Part shown: positions 30,489-41,904 of the stretch, in pieces
How the letters are laid out: every line of letters starts with the position of its first letter
Numbering within the stretch: the stretch's first letter is position 1
Source of the DNA: Bacteroidota bacterium
GTDB lineage: Bacteria; Bacteroidota; Bacteroidia; UKL13-3
Assembly (NCBI GenBank): GCA_947460345.1
Contig: CANHGM010000002.1
Coordinates: forward strand, 113,504-177,503
DNA: 64,000 bases
Direction: 5' to 3'
Translations under genes and position numbers: made by a program
The notes under the pieces: model-generated
Told to the model about the DNA's origin: nothing
The model's input: the letters and a program-made list of their open reading frames with translations, nothing else
Databases searched by the model: none

Positions 30489-31691
30489 ATGTTAGAAAAC
30501 GAATTGTTATTACAAATAGCCAAAGACTATGGGACTCCGGTTTATGTATATGAGTCTGAAAAAATTATTCATCAATACCAAACCCTTAAAAATGCTTTTA
30601 GTGAAGTTGATGTCCAAATCAAATATGCATGTAAGGCTCTTAATAATCTCAATATTCTAAAGCTATTGAAACAACAAGGAGCAGGGCTTGATGTGGTTTC
30701 TATTGAAGAAGCTGAGCTTGGCTTAATGGCTGGGTTTACTGCTGAAGAAATCTTATTTACCCCAAATTGTGTTTCATTTGATGAAATTAAAAAAGGGGTT
30801 GAGATGGGTATCTCTATTAATCTTGATAATATAAGTATGCTTGAGCAATTTGGGAATGAATATGGTAATTCTGTGCCATGTTGCATTAGACTTAACCCGC
30901 ATATAGTTGCTGGTGGGAATAAAAATATTCAAACAGGACATATAGATTCTAAGTTTGGAATTTCTATTTACCAACTTCGTCATATACTTAGGGTGGTTAA
31001 ATCGGCTAACATACATGTCAATGGTCTGCATATGCATACAGGTAGTGATATTTTAGATGCAGATGTGTTTTTAAGAGGAGCCGAGCTTTTGTTTGATGCT
31101 GCTGTTGATTTTCCTGATTTGGAATTTATTGATTTTGGAAGTGGTTTTAAAGTAGCCTATAAAGAAGGCGATGTAACTACAGATATTGAAGCATTAGGCA
31201 AAGCACTTTCTTCTAGATTTCTATCTTTTTGTAAACAATATGGAAAACCTTTGCAATTGTGGTTTGAACCAGGTAAATATATAGTTAGTGAGTGCGGTGT
31301 TTTATTGGTTAAAGTTAATGTATTGAAACAAACTACTGCAACTGTATTCGCAGGTGTAGATTCAGGTCAGAACCACCTAATTAGACCTATGTTTTATGAT
31401 GCATGGCATGATATAGTTAATATTTCAAACCCTGATGGTACACCACGTATATATACAGTTGTGGGTTATATATGCGAAACCGATACTTTTGGATGGGATA
31501 GAAAAATTACTGAAATAAAAGAAGGTGATGTGTTGGCTATTAAAAATGCAGGAGCCTATGGTTACACCATGAGCAATAATTATAATGCTCGTTTCAGACC
31601 AGCCGAAGTTTTAGTGGAAAATGGAAAATACCGTTTAATCAGAAAGCGTGAAGATATAAGTGATTTGATTAGAAACGTAGTGATGGATTAA
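30489..31691 (+). CDS. lysA: Diaminopimelate decarboxylase
   Basis: YACKA PLP lysine, SKFG, HMHTGS, FEPGK, VGYICETD and GAYG..M..NYN.R.RP. Confidence 0.96.
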   Translation: MLENELLLQIAKDYGTPVYVYESEKIIHQYQTLKNAFSEVDVQIKYACKALNNLNILKLLKQQGAGLDVVSIEEAELGLMAGFTAEEILFTPNCVSFDEIKKGVEMGISINLDNISMLEQFGNEYGNSVPCCIRLNPHIVAGGNKNIQTGHIDSKFGISIYQLRHILRVVKSANIHVNGLHMHTGSDILDADVFLRGAELLFDAAVDFPDLEFIDFGSGFKVAYKEGDVTTDIEALGKALSSRFLSFCKQYGKPLQLWFEPGKYIVSECGVLLVKVNVLKQTTATVFAGVDSGQNHLIRPMFYDAWHDIVNISNPDGTPRIYTVVGYICETDTFGWDRKITEIKEGDVLAIKNAGAYGYTMSNNYNARFRPAEVLVENGKYRLIRKREDISDLIRNVVMD

Positions 31692-32107
31692 TCATACTTT
31701 TTAGTATAAATCATCCCATCGAATTTAATTTTTTGCTTTTCTATTTCTAATTCACTTTTTGTGAATGGACCTGACACATCTTCATTGTTCAAGCTTGTTT
31801 CTTTTTTCATATCAACAATATAGTATGCTATGCTGTCATAGTTTGGTTTATCCATTTCAAATTCGTAAAACACTCTTTTAACTATTATATATCTATAATT
31901 ATATTTAATTTCAGAAACAAAAGGTTCTATTTTTATATGACCACCAGTTTCCCAGTTATTATCAGCGTAACAAAGTTTTCTGTTAAAATTTTGGTCAATC
32001 CAAATAATATTGTATCTACCTCTTATGGTTTCTCCTCCGCTATCAAATACGTTGCATGAATTTTGAAAAACAATACATGTTGCAATGTATAAAAATAGTT
32101 TTCTCAT
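31688..32107 (-). CDS. Hypothetical lipoprotein (DUF3997-like)
   Basis: Lipobox-like NSC; YIIVK...YYIVD...V.GPF...E pattern. Confidence 0.55.
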   Translation of the reverse strand: MRKLFLYIATCIVFQNSCNVFDSGGETIRGRYNIIWIDQNFNRKLCYADNNWETGGHIKIEPFVSEIKYNYRYIIVKRVFYEFEMDKPNYDSIAYYIVDMKKETSLNNEDVSGPFTKSELEIEKQKIKFDGMIYTKKYD

Positions 32108-32218
32108 TAATCAGGTTAGATACATCAAATATAATCTAAAATATTTCAAACGCACATTGCTCATTTCAACTTTTTCATTCATGTTTATTGCTTAACTTCG
32201 CAGCCATTTTTATAACAT

Positions 32219-32569
32219 ATGTATATTTCAGTATTAAAGTCTAAAATTCACCGCGTTAAGCTTACTCAAACCGAACTTCATTACGTAGGTAGTATTACCA
32301 TAGACGAAGATTTAATGGATGCTGCGGGCATTATAGAAAACGAAAAAGTACAGGTACTTAACGTAAACAATGGTGAACGCTTAGAAACTTATGTCATTAA
32401 AGGTATTCGTAAATCAGGGCAAGTTTGTTTAAACGGACCAGCTGCAAGAATGGCTGCTGTAGGCGATGTAGTTATTGTAATTTCATATGCAATGATGAGT
32501 ATAGAAGAAGCAAAAGCTTTTAAACCCATTGCAATTTTTCCTGATGAACAAAACAAACTTATAGGTTGA
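32219..32569 (+). CDS. panD: Aspartate 1-decarboxylase
   Basis: [14 protein letters not shown] (Gly-Ser cleavage site), NGERLETY and LNGPAAR. Confidence 0.98.
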   Translation: MYISVLKSKIHRVKLTQTELHYVGSITIDEDLMDAAGIIENEKVQVLNVNNGERLETYVIKGIRKSGQVCLNGPAARMAAVGDVVIVISYAMMSIEEAKAFKPIAIFPDEQNKLIG

Positions 32570-33564
32570 ATAAATCTGTAAAGAATACCATTAAATATAT
32601 AATATTTCTCTTATTAGGGATTTTATTGGTTTGGTTGGTTTTTAGAAATCAAAACAAAGAAGAAATGCTGAATGGCATTAAAAATACGAATTGGTTTTGG
32701 ATTTTATTTTCTATGTTTTTTGGAGTACTTAGTGTTTGGCTCAGAGCTAAAAGATGGTTACAAATGTTAAAACCTATGGGTTATGAGCCATCTGTCTCAA
32801 ATGCATTTTATAGTGTTGCTATAGGTTACTTTGTAAACTATGGCGTGCCCAGGGCTGGAGAGTTAAGTAGATGTGCTACTTTGCTTAAAACAGATGATGT
32901 GCCTGCTGAGAAGTCGCTTGGCACCGTGGTGGCCGAAAGGATTATTGATTTAATTATATTAATGGCATTAGTGCTCATTGCCTTTATACTTCAATTTGAT
33001 CAATTAACACAGCTGTTTAAAGACCTTCAAAACAATGGCAGTAACAATACGCAATCATCTAGTTTGAGTATTTATATATATATAAGTTTGGGATTGTTGG
33101 TGTTGACTATAATGATGTTTATTGTATTTAGAAAACGTTTGACACAATTACACTTAGTACAAAAAATAATTGCTATGTTTAAAGGCTTTGTTAGTGGACT
33201 ATCAAGCATTTCAAAAGTAGAAAACAAATGGTCATTTGCCTTATATAGTATATCTATTTGGGGTTGTTATTTGTTGATGATGTATACCTCTTTTTTAAGT
33301 TATCCTGCAACTTCGCACTTAGGTTTTGCCGAAGCTATAACTACACAAGCAGTAGGCACTTTTGGAATTGTTGTGCCAGTTCCTGGTGGTGGGGCAGGGG
33401 CGTTTCATTATTTTATTTCACAAGGATTAACTATATTTGGCGTACCTGAAACTGAAGGTAAAATATTTGCAACAATTGTTCACGCATCACAAATGTTGAT
33501 GTTTGTTGTTGTTGGCATATTTAGTTTTATTATGATTAACAGAAGTACAAAAAAAACTGTATGA
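32566..33564 (+). CDS. Lysylphosphatidylglycerol-synthase-TM / flippase-like membrane protein
   Basis: R..RW, PRAGE..R, GTVVAER..D and P.PGG.G motifs; multi-pass membrane protein. Confidence 0.85.
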   Translation: MNKSVKNTIKYIIFLLLGILLVWLVFRNQNKEEMLNGIKNTNWFWILFSMFFGVLSVWLRAKRWLQMLKPMGYEPSVSNAFYSVAIGYFVNYGVPRAGELSRCATLLKTDDVPAEKSLGTVVAERIIDLIILMALVLIAFILQFDQLTQLFKDLQNNGSNNTQSSSLSIYIYISLGLLVLTIMMFIVFRKRLTQLHLVQKIIAMFKGFVSGLSSISKVENKWSFALYSISIWGCYLLMMYTSFLSYPATSHLGFAEAITTQAVGTFGIVVPVPGGGAGAFHYFISQGLTIFGVPETEGKIFATIVHASQMLMFVVVGIFSFIMINRSTKKTV

Positions 33565-34052
33565 TTGCTCAAGACATTCTTTTAAAAATAAGAAATAAAC
33601 AAACTATACTTCCTTTGATTTCAATATGGAATCAAGAACATAAAAAAATTGTATTTACGAATGGTTGCTTTGATTTGATACACAGGGGGCATGTGGACTA
33701 TCTAGCTAAAGCCAGAGACATGGGTGATAAGTTAATAGTGGCTTTAAACACAGACAAATCGGTAAGTGATATTAAAGGACCCAATAGACCACTTCAAGAT
33801 GAACAATCACGTTTACAAATTATGGCATCCTTTCAGTTTGTTGATGCGGTTTTGTTGTTTGATGAGCCAACTCCTTATAACGTCATACAATTAATTCAGC
33901 CTGATATATTAGTCAAAGGGGCTGATTATATACCTGAAAACATTGTAGGATACGATATAGTTATGGCAAAAGGCGGTGAAGTTAAAACCATAGAATTTTT
34001 GCCCGGATATTCTACATCTTTAATAGAACAGAAAATTAAAAGCCAACAATAA
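33561..34052 (+). CDS. rfaE2: D-glycero-beta-D-manno-heptose 1-phosphate adenylyltransferase (RfaE domain II)
   Basis: FTNGCFDLIHRGH, KGPNRP, LVKGADY and GYSTS. Confidence 0.9.
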   Translation: MIAQDILLKIRNKQTILPLISIWNQEHKKIVFTNGCFDLIHRGHVDYLAKARDMGDKLIVALNTDKSVSDIKGPNRPLQDEQSRLQIMASFQFVDAVLLFDEPTPYNVIQLIQPDILVKGADYIPENIVGYDIVMAKGGEVKTIEFLPGYSTSLIEQKIKSQQ

Positions 34053-35170
34053 TGGTTATAGCTGTCAATTGCAGACTTCTATTGCACAATAAGCTCGAAG
34101 GCATTGGGCGTTATATGCATGAGACGTTGCAATTATTGGTAAAGCAGAACCCGCAACATCAATTTGTATTTATTTTCGACAGACCTTGGCATCAGCAATT
34201 TATTTATGCTGATAATGTTATTCCAGTTAGTGTTTTTCCACAAGCTAGGCATCCTTTATTATACTATTGGTGGTTTAATTTTAGTATTCCAAAAATACTA
34301 GAAAAATATAACGCTGATATTTTTTTATCGCCTGATGGATATTTAAGCTTACGCACTTCAATTCCACAAATCCCCATTATTCACGATCTGGCATTCGAAC
34401 ATTTTCCTGATGGGATAAGTAAAAGTGAATTGTTTTATTATAAAACATTTTTTCCAAGATATGCTCAGTTGGCTAGAAAAATTATTACAGTTTCAGAATT
34501 TAGCAAATCTGATATTCAAAAATTATATAAGATTGAGGGATCAAAAATTTTAGTTTCATGTAACGCTGCTTCTCAATCTTTTAAATTAATAGATCAAATA
34601 AGTGTTAAAAAAGTAAGAGATAAATACACTGCTGGGCAACCATATTTTTTATTTGTGGGAGCACTGCATCCACGAAAAAATTTGAGCAATTTGTTGCTTG
34701 CTTTCGATTATATAAAGAGACAATATAAAATCCCTCACAAACTAGTAGTTGTTGGTAGAGCAGCCTGGAAAACAGGGCCTATGAAAGATATATATAACGA
34801 AATGCAATCTAAATCAGATGTGGTGTTTACAGGAAGGTTAAGTGAACAAGAATTATGTGAGGTTACAGCTGCTGCATTTGTCATGTGTTATGTGTCATTA
34901 TTCGAAGGATTTGGTATACCTATTTTAGAAGCTATGCAATGTGGAGTGCCTGTTATCACTTCTAATACCAGCTCGATGCCTGAAGTGGCAGGAGATGCTG
35001 CACTTGTAGCTGATCCAATATCACCAACACAAATTGGAGAGGCTATGCTCAAATTGATTAATGATGACACATTAAGAGCTAATTTAATTACCAAAGGCTT
35101 TGAAAGAGCCAAAATATATACTTGGGAAAGAGCAACAAAAGTGATTGAAGAGGCTTTGTCTTTACGTTAG
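34052..35170 (+). CDS. GT4-family glycosyltransferase
   Basis: GIGRY, IHDLAF, TVSEFSK, PRKN and EGFGIPILEAM. Confidence 0.93.
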   Translation: MVIAVNCRLLLHNKLEGIGRYMHETLQLLVKQNPQHQFVFIFDRPWHQQFIYADNVIPVSVFPQARHPLLYYWWFNFSIPKILEKYNADIFLSPDGYLSLRTSIPQIPIIHDLAFEHFPDGISKSELFYYKTFFPRYAQLARKIITVSEFSKSDIQKLYKIEGSKILVSCNAASQSFKLIDQISVKKVRDKYTAGQPYFLFVGALHPRKNLSNLLLAFDYIKRQYKIPHKLVVVGRAAWKTGPMKDIYNEMQSKSDVVFTGRLSEQELCEVTAAAFVMCYVSLFEGFGIPILEAMQCGVPVITSNTSSMPEVAGDAALVADPISPTQIGEAMLKLINDDTLRANLITKGFERAKIYTWERATKVIEEALSLR

Positions 35171-36343
35171 TATTTTATTTTTTGTTAAAATTGAATGAAG
35201 TGTATATACAAATGCCATCACGATAAAAGGGCTCACTGGTGCTATATATCTGCATATAGAAAATGAAACAGTAGCAATAAGGTTAAAGTATAATATAACA
35301 CAACAAATTATCAATAGGTTTGCATTTATACTTCTTTTAAAAGTTTGATATATTAGTTGAAAAATAAAGGTCAATAGGAATAATACATTAAAAATAAGTA
35401 TATATATATCATACACTCCACTGTCTGTTTTATACCAACTTTCTATGAATTTTTGACTATATAATTTAATAGTAGAAAAAGGCAAATGTATCAAATTGTT
35501 ATACATTTCTTTTATATATACAAATGTAAAATCGCTTTTTACTTGTGCGGTATGTGCAATTAGATATTGTGCTGATTCATTGTCTGCATGTCTTTTGAGC
35601 CCATCAATTGTAGTTCTTTGTAAATAATATTCATTTACAGATGAATTGCTTAATAAATATATAAATGCAAACCCTGAGAAACTGATTGCAATAATATATA
35701 TTAATTGTTTCCAAGGAGTTTTGTTATATGCAAATGGAAGAATGAGAAATGGGGTGATATATAAACTAAGCATGCGAGTCTCAGTACTTAGCAGAATTAA
35801 AATGATACTTATTAAATAGTATAGATATGAGAATGATTTGAAACTTATTAAATAGAAATACATCCCCGCTATAAAAAACAAACTAAACAAACTCTCGGCC
35901 CCATAGGTAGCAGGCATTAAAACAAACAGAGGATAAAAAATCAAGATCCATAAAGAAATATAGTGGATTTGTTTTTTAGTAGAAATGAGTTCAAATATTT
36001 TTTTTGAGAAATACAATACTGCAATAAGCAATATTGTGTTAATCATAAAAACCCAAGCTTGATTACCACCCAAAAAAACAATAAAAGCCAATACATATAT
36101 ATACAGTGGAGGCATGGTGCCAAATCTGTTTATTAGCCCGTCAGGTATAAACGCTATCGGATTATGTAAGGCAAAAAAAGTGGTGTTTTTAGACTGAATA
36201 TTAAGAGCATTTGGCCAATATACTTTTTCAAAATCTACAGATGGTTTGGGTTTGAATCCACAATAAATAAAAATTTGGACAAGTATAAAGGCAAAAATAA
36301 TAACTTTAAACTGGTATATATATTTTAGTAAAAAATGATACAT
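35162..36343 (-). CDS. Multi-pass membrane protein, probable GT-C/ArnT-like glycosyltransferase
   Basis: PPLY..L, AESLF, ETR and RY..P motifs. ATG at 36343 is preferred because the ORF-track start overlaps lysS. Confidence 0.55.
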   Translation of the reverse strand: MYHFLLKYIYQFKVIIFAFILVQIFIYCGFKPKPSVDFEKVYWPNALNIQSKNTTFFALHNPIAFIPDGLINRFGTMPPLYIYVLAFIVFLGGNQAWVFMINTILLIAVLYFSKKIFELISTKKQIHYISLWILIFYPLFVLMPATYGAESLFSLFFIAGMYFYLISFKSFSYLYYLISIILILLSTETRMLSLYITPFLILPFAYNKTPWKQLIYIIAISFSGFAFIYLLSNSSVNEYYLQRTTIDGLKRHADNESAQYLIAHTAQVKSDFTFVYIKEMYNNLIHLPFSTIKLYSQKFIESWYKTDSGVYDIYILIFNVLFLLTFIFQLIYQTFKRSINANLLIICCVILYFNLIATVSFSICRYIAPVSPFIVMAFVYTLHSILTKNKILT

Positions 36344-36360
36344 ACGCCAGACATATAATG

Positions 36361-37866
36361 TTATTGTTCTGCTTTCATTTGAGGGAAGAACAACACATCT
36401 TGTATAGAAGGTTGATTGGTCATGATCATGCAAAGTCTATCAATACCAATTCCTAAGCCAGCTGTTGGTGGCATGCCATATTCTAAAGCTCTTAAGAAAT
36501 CTTCATCAAGAACCATTGCTTCATCATCACCACGTTTTCCAAGTTCTAGTTGCTCAGCAAAACGTTCACGTTGATCGATTGGGTCGTTTAATTCGCTAAA
36601 CGCATTGCAAATTTCTTTTCCATTACAAATAGCCTCAAAACGTTCAACTAAACCTGGTTTGCTTCTGTGCTTTTTAGCCAACGGACTCATCTCTACAGGA
36701 TAATCAGTGATAAAAGTTGGTTGTATAAGTTTTGGTTCACAATGCTCACCAAAAATTTCATCTATAATCTTACCTCTTCCCATGGTTGGGTCAACACCTA
36801 CTTTCAGAGTTTTACAAGCTTCACGCATTTGTTCTTCATTCATTTCACTGATATCTATTCCAGTAAAATGTTCAATGGCTTCATACATGGTATATCTTTT
36901 CCATGGGCGTTGAAAGTTGATGATGTTTTCACCTACTTGCACTTCAGTGGTTCCATGTATATCTATAGCCACTTTCTCTACCATGGTTTCTACTAGATCC
37001 ATCATCCATTCATAATCTTTGTAGGCTACATATAATTCTATTTGAGTAAATTCAGGATTGTGAAAACGACTCATACCTTCGTTTCTAAAATCTTTAGAGA
37101 ATTCATATACCCCATCAAATCCACCAACAATCAATCTTTTAAGATAAAGTTCGTTTGCTATACGTAGATATAAAGTCATATCTAGGGTATTGTGATGCGT
37201 TTTAAACGGACGAGCAGCAGCTCCACCATACAACGGTTGAAGGATAGGAGTTTCAACTTCTAAATAGCCTTTGTCATTTAAGTAATTACGCATGCTATTC
37301 ACTAAAGTTGTACGTTTTCTAAATACTTCTCTTATATGAGGATTCACAATCAAATCGGCATAACGTTGACGGTATCTAAATTCAGAATCAGTAACAGCGT
37401 CAAATGTTTCACCTTCTTTTTCTTTTACAATTGGAAGCGGTTTTAAAGCTTTAGAAAGCACTTTAAATTCAGTAACATGAATTGAAGTTTCACCGGTTTG
37501 AGTAGTGAATACGTAGCCTTTTACACCAACTATATCGCCGATGTCTAGTAATTTTTTAAAAACTGTATTATATAAAGTTTTGTCTTCACCAGGGCAAATC
37601 TCATCACGTTTTATATATATCTGAATCTTTTCTGAAGCATCTTGTAACACTGCAAATGCGGCTGAACCCATGATCCTTATAGTCATGATTCTACCAGCAA
37701 TACTTACATTTTTATAGTCAATTTTATTGTTTTCGTAATTGGTGTTTATATCGGCAGCACTCACATTCACTTCCCATAACTCAGCAGGGTATGGGTTGAT
37801 GCCTAATTTGTGAAATTCTTCTAGTTTCTGTCTTCTAACAATTTCTTGTTCTGATAATTGATGCAT
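36361..37866 (-). CDS. lysS: Lysine--tRNA ligase (class II)
   Basis: [35 protein letters not shown] and [14 protein letters not shown]. -7 element TATATTTG at 37895-37902 (minus strand). Confidence 0.99.
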   Translation of the reverse strand: MHQLSEQEIVRRQKLEEFHKLGINPYPAELWEVNVSAADINTNYENNKIDYKNVSIAGRIMTIRIMGSAAFAVLQDASEKIQIYIKRDEICPGEDKTLYNTVFKKLLDIGDIVGVKGYVFTTQTGETSIHVTEFKVLSKALKPLPIVKEKEGETFDAVTDSEFRYRQRYADLIVNPHIREVFRKRTTLVNSMRNYLNDKGYLEVETPILQPLYGGAAARPFKTHHNTLDMTLYLRIANELYLKRLIVGGFDGVYEFSKDFRNEGMSRFHNPEFTQIELYVAYKDYEWMMDLVETMVEKVAIDIHGTTEVQVGENIINFQRPWKRYTMYEAIEHFTGIDISEMNEEQMREACKTLKVGVDPTMGRGKIIDEIFGEHCEPKLIQPTFITDYPVEMSPLAKKHRSKPGLVERFEAICNGKEICNAFSELNDPIDQRERFAEQLELGKRGDDEAMVLDEDFLRALEYGMPPTAGLGIGIDRLCMIMTNQPSIQDVLFFPQMKAEQ

Positions 37867-38001
37867 AAAAGTAAAGTGTAATTTTGTAAAGCAGCAAATA
37901 TAAGGTTTATGAATTATTGATAAGAATGAAAGAAAAAATAGAAGACAAGTACTAAAATATTGTTAAAAAGTTTTAGGAATACTGAAGTAAGCGTATATAT
38001 A

Positions 38002-39306
38002 CTAAGGGTTTAGGGCTTTTTTATATACAACCAAACATCTATCTCTACTTGACTTTAAATCAACAATTGGACTTGTGTAATTTTTAGTGCCAAATTCAGG
38101 GACCCATTTTTTTATATAAACCTGTTGTGGGTCAAATTTCTCAGCTTGAAGTATTGGATTAAAAACCCTGAAATATGGTGCTGCATCTGTTCCACATCCT
38201 GCAGCCCATTGCCAACCACCATTGTTACTGGCTAACTCAAAGTCTAATAGTTTTTGAGCAAAATAGGCTTCACCCCATCGCCAATCTATTAAAAGGTTTT
38301 TAGTTAAAAAAGAAGCAACTATCATTCTTACTCTGTTGTGCATATAACCAGTTTGGTTAAGTTCTCGCATACCCGCATCTATAATCGGAATTCCAGTTTG
38401 CCCTTCACACCATTTAGTGAAGTCATGTTCATTATTTATCCATTCTATATTGTCATAATTGGGCTTGAAACTTTGAGTAACTACTTGAGGAAAATGCCAA
38501 AGAATTTGCATATAGAATTCACGCCAAATCAATTCATTTAAATATGTTTGATTTACTTGAAGAGCAGCCTGTGCCTTTTGCCTGATAGAAATTGTTCCAA
38601 ATCTGAAATGAATACCAAGCCTTGAAGTTCCTAAAATTGCTGGGTAGTCTCTAGTTTCAGTATAGTTTTTAATGATACTTTTGGCAACTACTACCGATGG
38701 GAATTTAATTAGGCTAGGTTCAAATCCAATTGTTTTGAGTTCTATATTGGGTAAAGGTAATGTTTTGTGAAAGTTAGATTTATATAAATTAGTTGGATAT
38801 GATTTTAAAAAGAAATTGTTAAGTGTGGCTTTCCATTTTTTACTATAAGGAGTATAAATTGTATAAGGTTTTCCATCATCTTTTATTATTTCATCTTTTT
38901 CAAAAATTACTTGGTCTTTATAGCTGTAAAATGGAATTTGTATTTTATTTAGTTTGTTCTGGATATGCGTATCTCTTTGTATGGCATAGGGCTCATAGTC
39001 GTGATTTGTATATACTGCTTTAATATTATACAAGTGAGAAAGGTGGTCAAAGGCTGAGTCAGGTGAGCCATAAAAAATATATAACGAGCTTCCCAACTTC
39101 TCAAGTTCTTTTTTAAGTTCGTGAACTGTTTGCCAAATAAAATCTACTCTTGCATCATTCTTATTTTCAATATTATCTAATATATGTTTATCAAAAATAA
39201 ATATAGGTAAAACTGGTAACTTACTTTTTAGAGCATGATAAAGAGCTGCGTTATCTTCAAGTCTTAAGTCTCGTCTAAACCAATGTATAGCAATTCTATC
39301 ATCCAT
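38002..39306 (-). CDS. phrB: Deoxyribodipyrimidine photolyase
   Basis: WFRRDLRLEDN, WREFY, GQTGIPIIDAGMREL, HNRVRM, NNGGWQW and PYFRVFNP. Confidence 0.95.
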   Translation of the reverse strand: MDDRIAIHWFRRDLRLEDNAALYHALKSKLPVLPIFIFDKHILDNIENKNDARVDFIWQTVHELKKELEKLGSSLYIFYGSPDSAFDHLSHLYNIKAVYTNHDYEPYAIQRDTHIQNKLNKIQIPFYSYKDQVIFEKDEIIKDDGKPYTIYTPYSKKWKATLNNFFLKSYPTNLYKSNFHKTLPLPNIELKTIGFEPSLIKFPSVVVAKSIIKNYTETRDYPAILGTSRLGIHFRFGTISIRQKAQAALQVNQTYLNELIWREFYMQILWHFPQVVTQSFKPNYDNIEWINNEHDFTKWCEGQTGIPIIDAGMRELNQTGYMHNRVRMIVASFLTKNLLIDWRWGEAYFAQKLLDFELASNNGGWQWAAGCGTDAAPYFRVFNPILQAEKFDPQQVYIKKWVPEFGTKNYTSPIVDLKSSRDRCLVVYKKALNP

Positions 39307-39377
39307 AAATTCAAAACAAAAAAGATAAACAAAAGTTTAAGTTTGTTTTTTTACTATGGGAAATTGTATATGAATCT

Positions 39378-41693
39378 TTACTTATGAAGAACTAGTCTTT
39401 TTGTTTCTACATGTTGTTTTTGGTCATATATTTTTAAAAAATAGGTACCATTAGTATATGAAGAAAGGTCTAATTGCTTTGAGTATTCAGTATGAATTAA
39501 TTGTCCCATAACAGTATATATTTCAACTTTATCAAAATATAACAATGATATATTTACTATACCTGAAGTTGGGTTTGGGTATACTTTTAAATGATTTATA
39601 GATACATCATTAATTCCAACTTTATACCATGATATAGCATGTTCAGTTTCTATGGCATTTAATACTTCTTTTGTTGAAGCATCAGATACTAGACCTACAA
39701 TATGTATTTCATCTGCATCAAAAGAATCAGGTACTATATAGGTATATTTTTTTGAGTATGATGTTCCGTCAGTTACAGAAGTAGGGATAATACCAGAAGC
39801 ACCTAAGAATCCGTCCATAATTTTTCTAGCTACAAAATCATAGTGCATATCTATAGCCGGAATCGGATTAGACTTGTTTTCAAAACCGCCCATTGGTCCG
39901 TATTTCCCACCTGAATAATAATTATGTTGCTGATATAATGTAGAATCAATTGGTTTATTCCAAGTAACATCATTTTCATATATAACGCTGTTGAAATTCC
40001 AATTAACATTTATACTAACAGCAGGCATTGCATTTACACTATAATCTAGACGTCGTGTAGCTGGATCAAAATATATATTAGTTATACTCACATCTACCGG
40101 TGTTGGTTCGTCAATTCTCTTTTTGAAGTAAGATTCAACAACATCTGGATCAACCCCTCTTGCAGAAGCTTGACGATCTACAGCAATTCCAGGAAAACTC
40201 CCGAATTTATGATTAATCATTCCATTTGCATACATGGTATCTTTCATTGGCTCCGGTACGCTTCCTCCATGCACCGCAACTCCTATAAACGTTGTAGGGT
40301 ATTTTGATTTCATACTGTCCATATAAACCGTTCCTCTTGGGCACCATGAGCACCAAGTTCCAGTTCCTTCTTCTGCGAAAACTCTTTTGGTAGGCAAACT
40401 AGAAAGTGCAATCACATTTTTAGAAACTTTATTGTCATTTAAGAAACCATCGGTTCCTCCATTTACATTAGTAATATTAACTGAAATGGTATGTGAACCT
40501 ACGGCCAAATTGGCTGGAATATTGTGAACAAAATCTATGGTTGAGCCGTAAGGAATATTAATACCCGTTACTGAATATATTGGCGAAGTAAGACCTCCAT
40601 CAACATTGTAGGTTACATCATACGAAGTCATAGGATACAAGCTATTATTCTTTATTGAACCTGTAATATCAGTATTTCCTTTGGCTACATACTTCAAAGT
40701 GTTTATCGTTAAAACTGATGCATCAATTGCATGCCTTGCTACAATGGTTTTGGCTAAGGTGTCATCAGAGTAATTATTATCCATTCCTCCATTTATATTG
40801 CTAATGGCAACTTTTATATAATTCAAACCTGCTGTGAGATTTTTAGGTACATTATGTGTGAAACTATAAAATGCCCCTGGGGCTATATTTACTCCGGTGA
40901 CAGAGTATATAGCAGATGCTGTTGAATTTTGAATATAGGTTACATCAAAAGAAACAATATTTGTAGTTCCATTGTTCTGGATTTTACCGTTTATATCAGT
41001 GTTGCCAACCGGCACCAAATCAGGGGTTGAAATTTGCTGCAAGGTGGCATTAAGAGTGTAGGTAGTATCTGTAACAACACCATTATATACTTTCAGATTT
41101 TTCCACCATCCTTTAAATGTTTTGGTAGAAGCAGTATTTTGAGAATATATCGCATTGGCTGTTGCTCCGCCATTTCTGTTAACGATGAGCACCGGCAAAT
41201 CAACCGCAAATACATTGTCGATATATAAAGATAATTTTGTTCTATCATAATTCAATTTTGCATGATACCAAGTATTCGGATTAATTGTGGTGGTTGAGGT
41301 TGCATTTACAGCATTATCATTTGCGAAAACACCCGCCTTCATGGTTGAGCCATTTGATACAATAGTAAATGCCGCCAATCTATTTCCACCATCTACGAAT
41401 ACCGGATAAGTTCCATTTGAAAACGTTCCATCAATTTTAAAATCGATGGAAATAGAGAAAGGCATGCTTTTTAGTCCCTCGATTTCATTGGTTACCCCAT
41501 AACTCACTTGATAGGTCCCATCAAAGTAAACACCATCATTACCAAAAACTCCTTTGTTTATTGTAACAAAATTACCATTTCCAGTGGTATCATTTCCATT
41601 TGCTGCTAAAGGAAAATGTGCCAATAACGACTGAGCCTCAAGATTTAACCCGATTAGAATGGTTAAAAATAAAAGCGTAAATTTATTTTTCAT
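39378..41693 (-). CDS. T9SS type-A cargo: LamG-like + two Ig/CARDB-like repeats + Omp28-like thioredoxin domain + CTD
   Basis: Signal peptide; NTWYH LamG-like segment; two ~100-aa repeats; EEGTGTWCSWCP; CTD VYPNPT...YFLKI...KRLV. Confidence 0.8.
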   Translation of the reverse strand: MKNKFTLLFLTILIGLNLEAQSLLAHFPLAANGNDTTGNGNFVTINKGVFGNDGVYFDGTYQVSYGVTNEIEGLKSMPFSISIDFKIDGTFSNGTYPVFVDGGNRLAAFTIVSNGSTMKAGVFANDNAVNATSTTTINPNTWYHAKLNYDRTKLSLYIDNVFAVDLPVLIVNRNGGATANAIYSQNTASTKTFKGWWKNLKVYNGVVTDTTYTLNATLQQISTPDLVPVGNTDINGKIQNNGTTNIVSFDVTYIQNSTASAIYSVTGVNIAPGAFYSFTHNVPKNLTAGLNYIKVAISNINGGMDNNYSDDTLAKTIVARHAIDASVLTINTLKYVAKGNTDITGSIKNNSLYPMTSYDVTYNVDGGLTSPIYSVTGINIPYGSTIDFVHNIPANLAVGSHTISVNITNVNGGTDGFLNDNKVSKNVIALSSLPTKRVFAEEGTGTWCSWCPRGTVYMDSMKSKYPTTFIGVAVHGGSVPEPMKDTMYANGMINHKFGSFPGIAVDRQASARGVDPDVVESYFKKRIDEPTPVDVSITNIYFDPATRRLDYSVNAMPAVSINVNWNFNSVIYENDVTWNKPIDSTLYQQHNYYSGGKYGPMGGFENKSNPIPAIDMHYDFVARKIMDGFLGASGIIPTSVTDGTSYSKKYTYIVPDSFDADEIHIVGLVSDASTKEVLNAIETEHAISWYKVGINDVSINHLKVYPNPTSGIVNISLLYFDKVEIYTVMGQLIHTEYSKQLDLSSYTNGTYFLKIYDQKQHVETKRLVLHK

Positions 41694-41904
41694 ATATTAT
41701 ATGCGTAGTCGCCACATTAATTGTTAAAGTTGTTAAATATTAAGAAAAAAACTATGCAAATATAAACCTTCAATTGGCATTGTGCTAAAATTGCAGTTTA
41801 TTAAATGAGAAAGATACAGTATGATAAAGAATATCAGATATTTATTTATTCTTAAGCAGTTTAAATCATCTCAAATTTGAGAATATCTACTTATAAGTAC
41901 TGAC

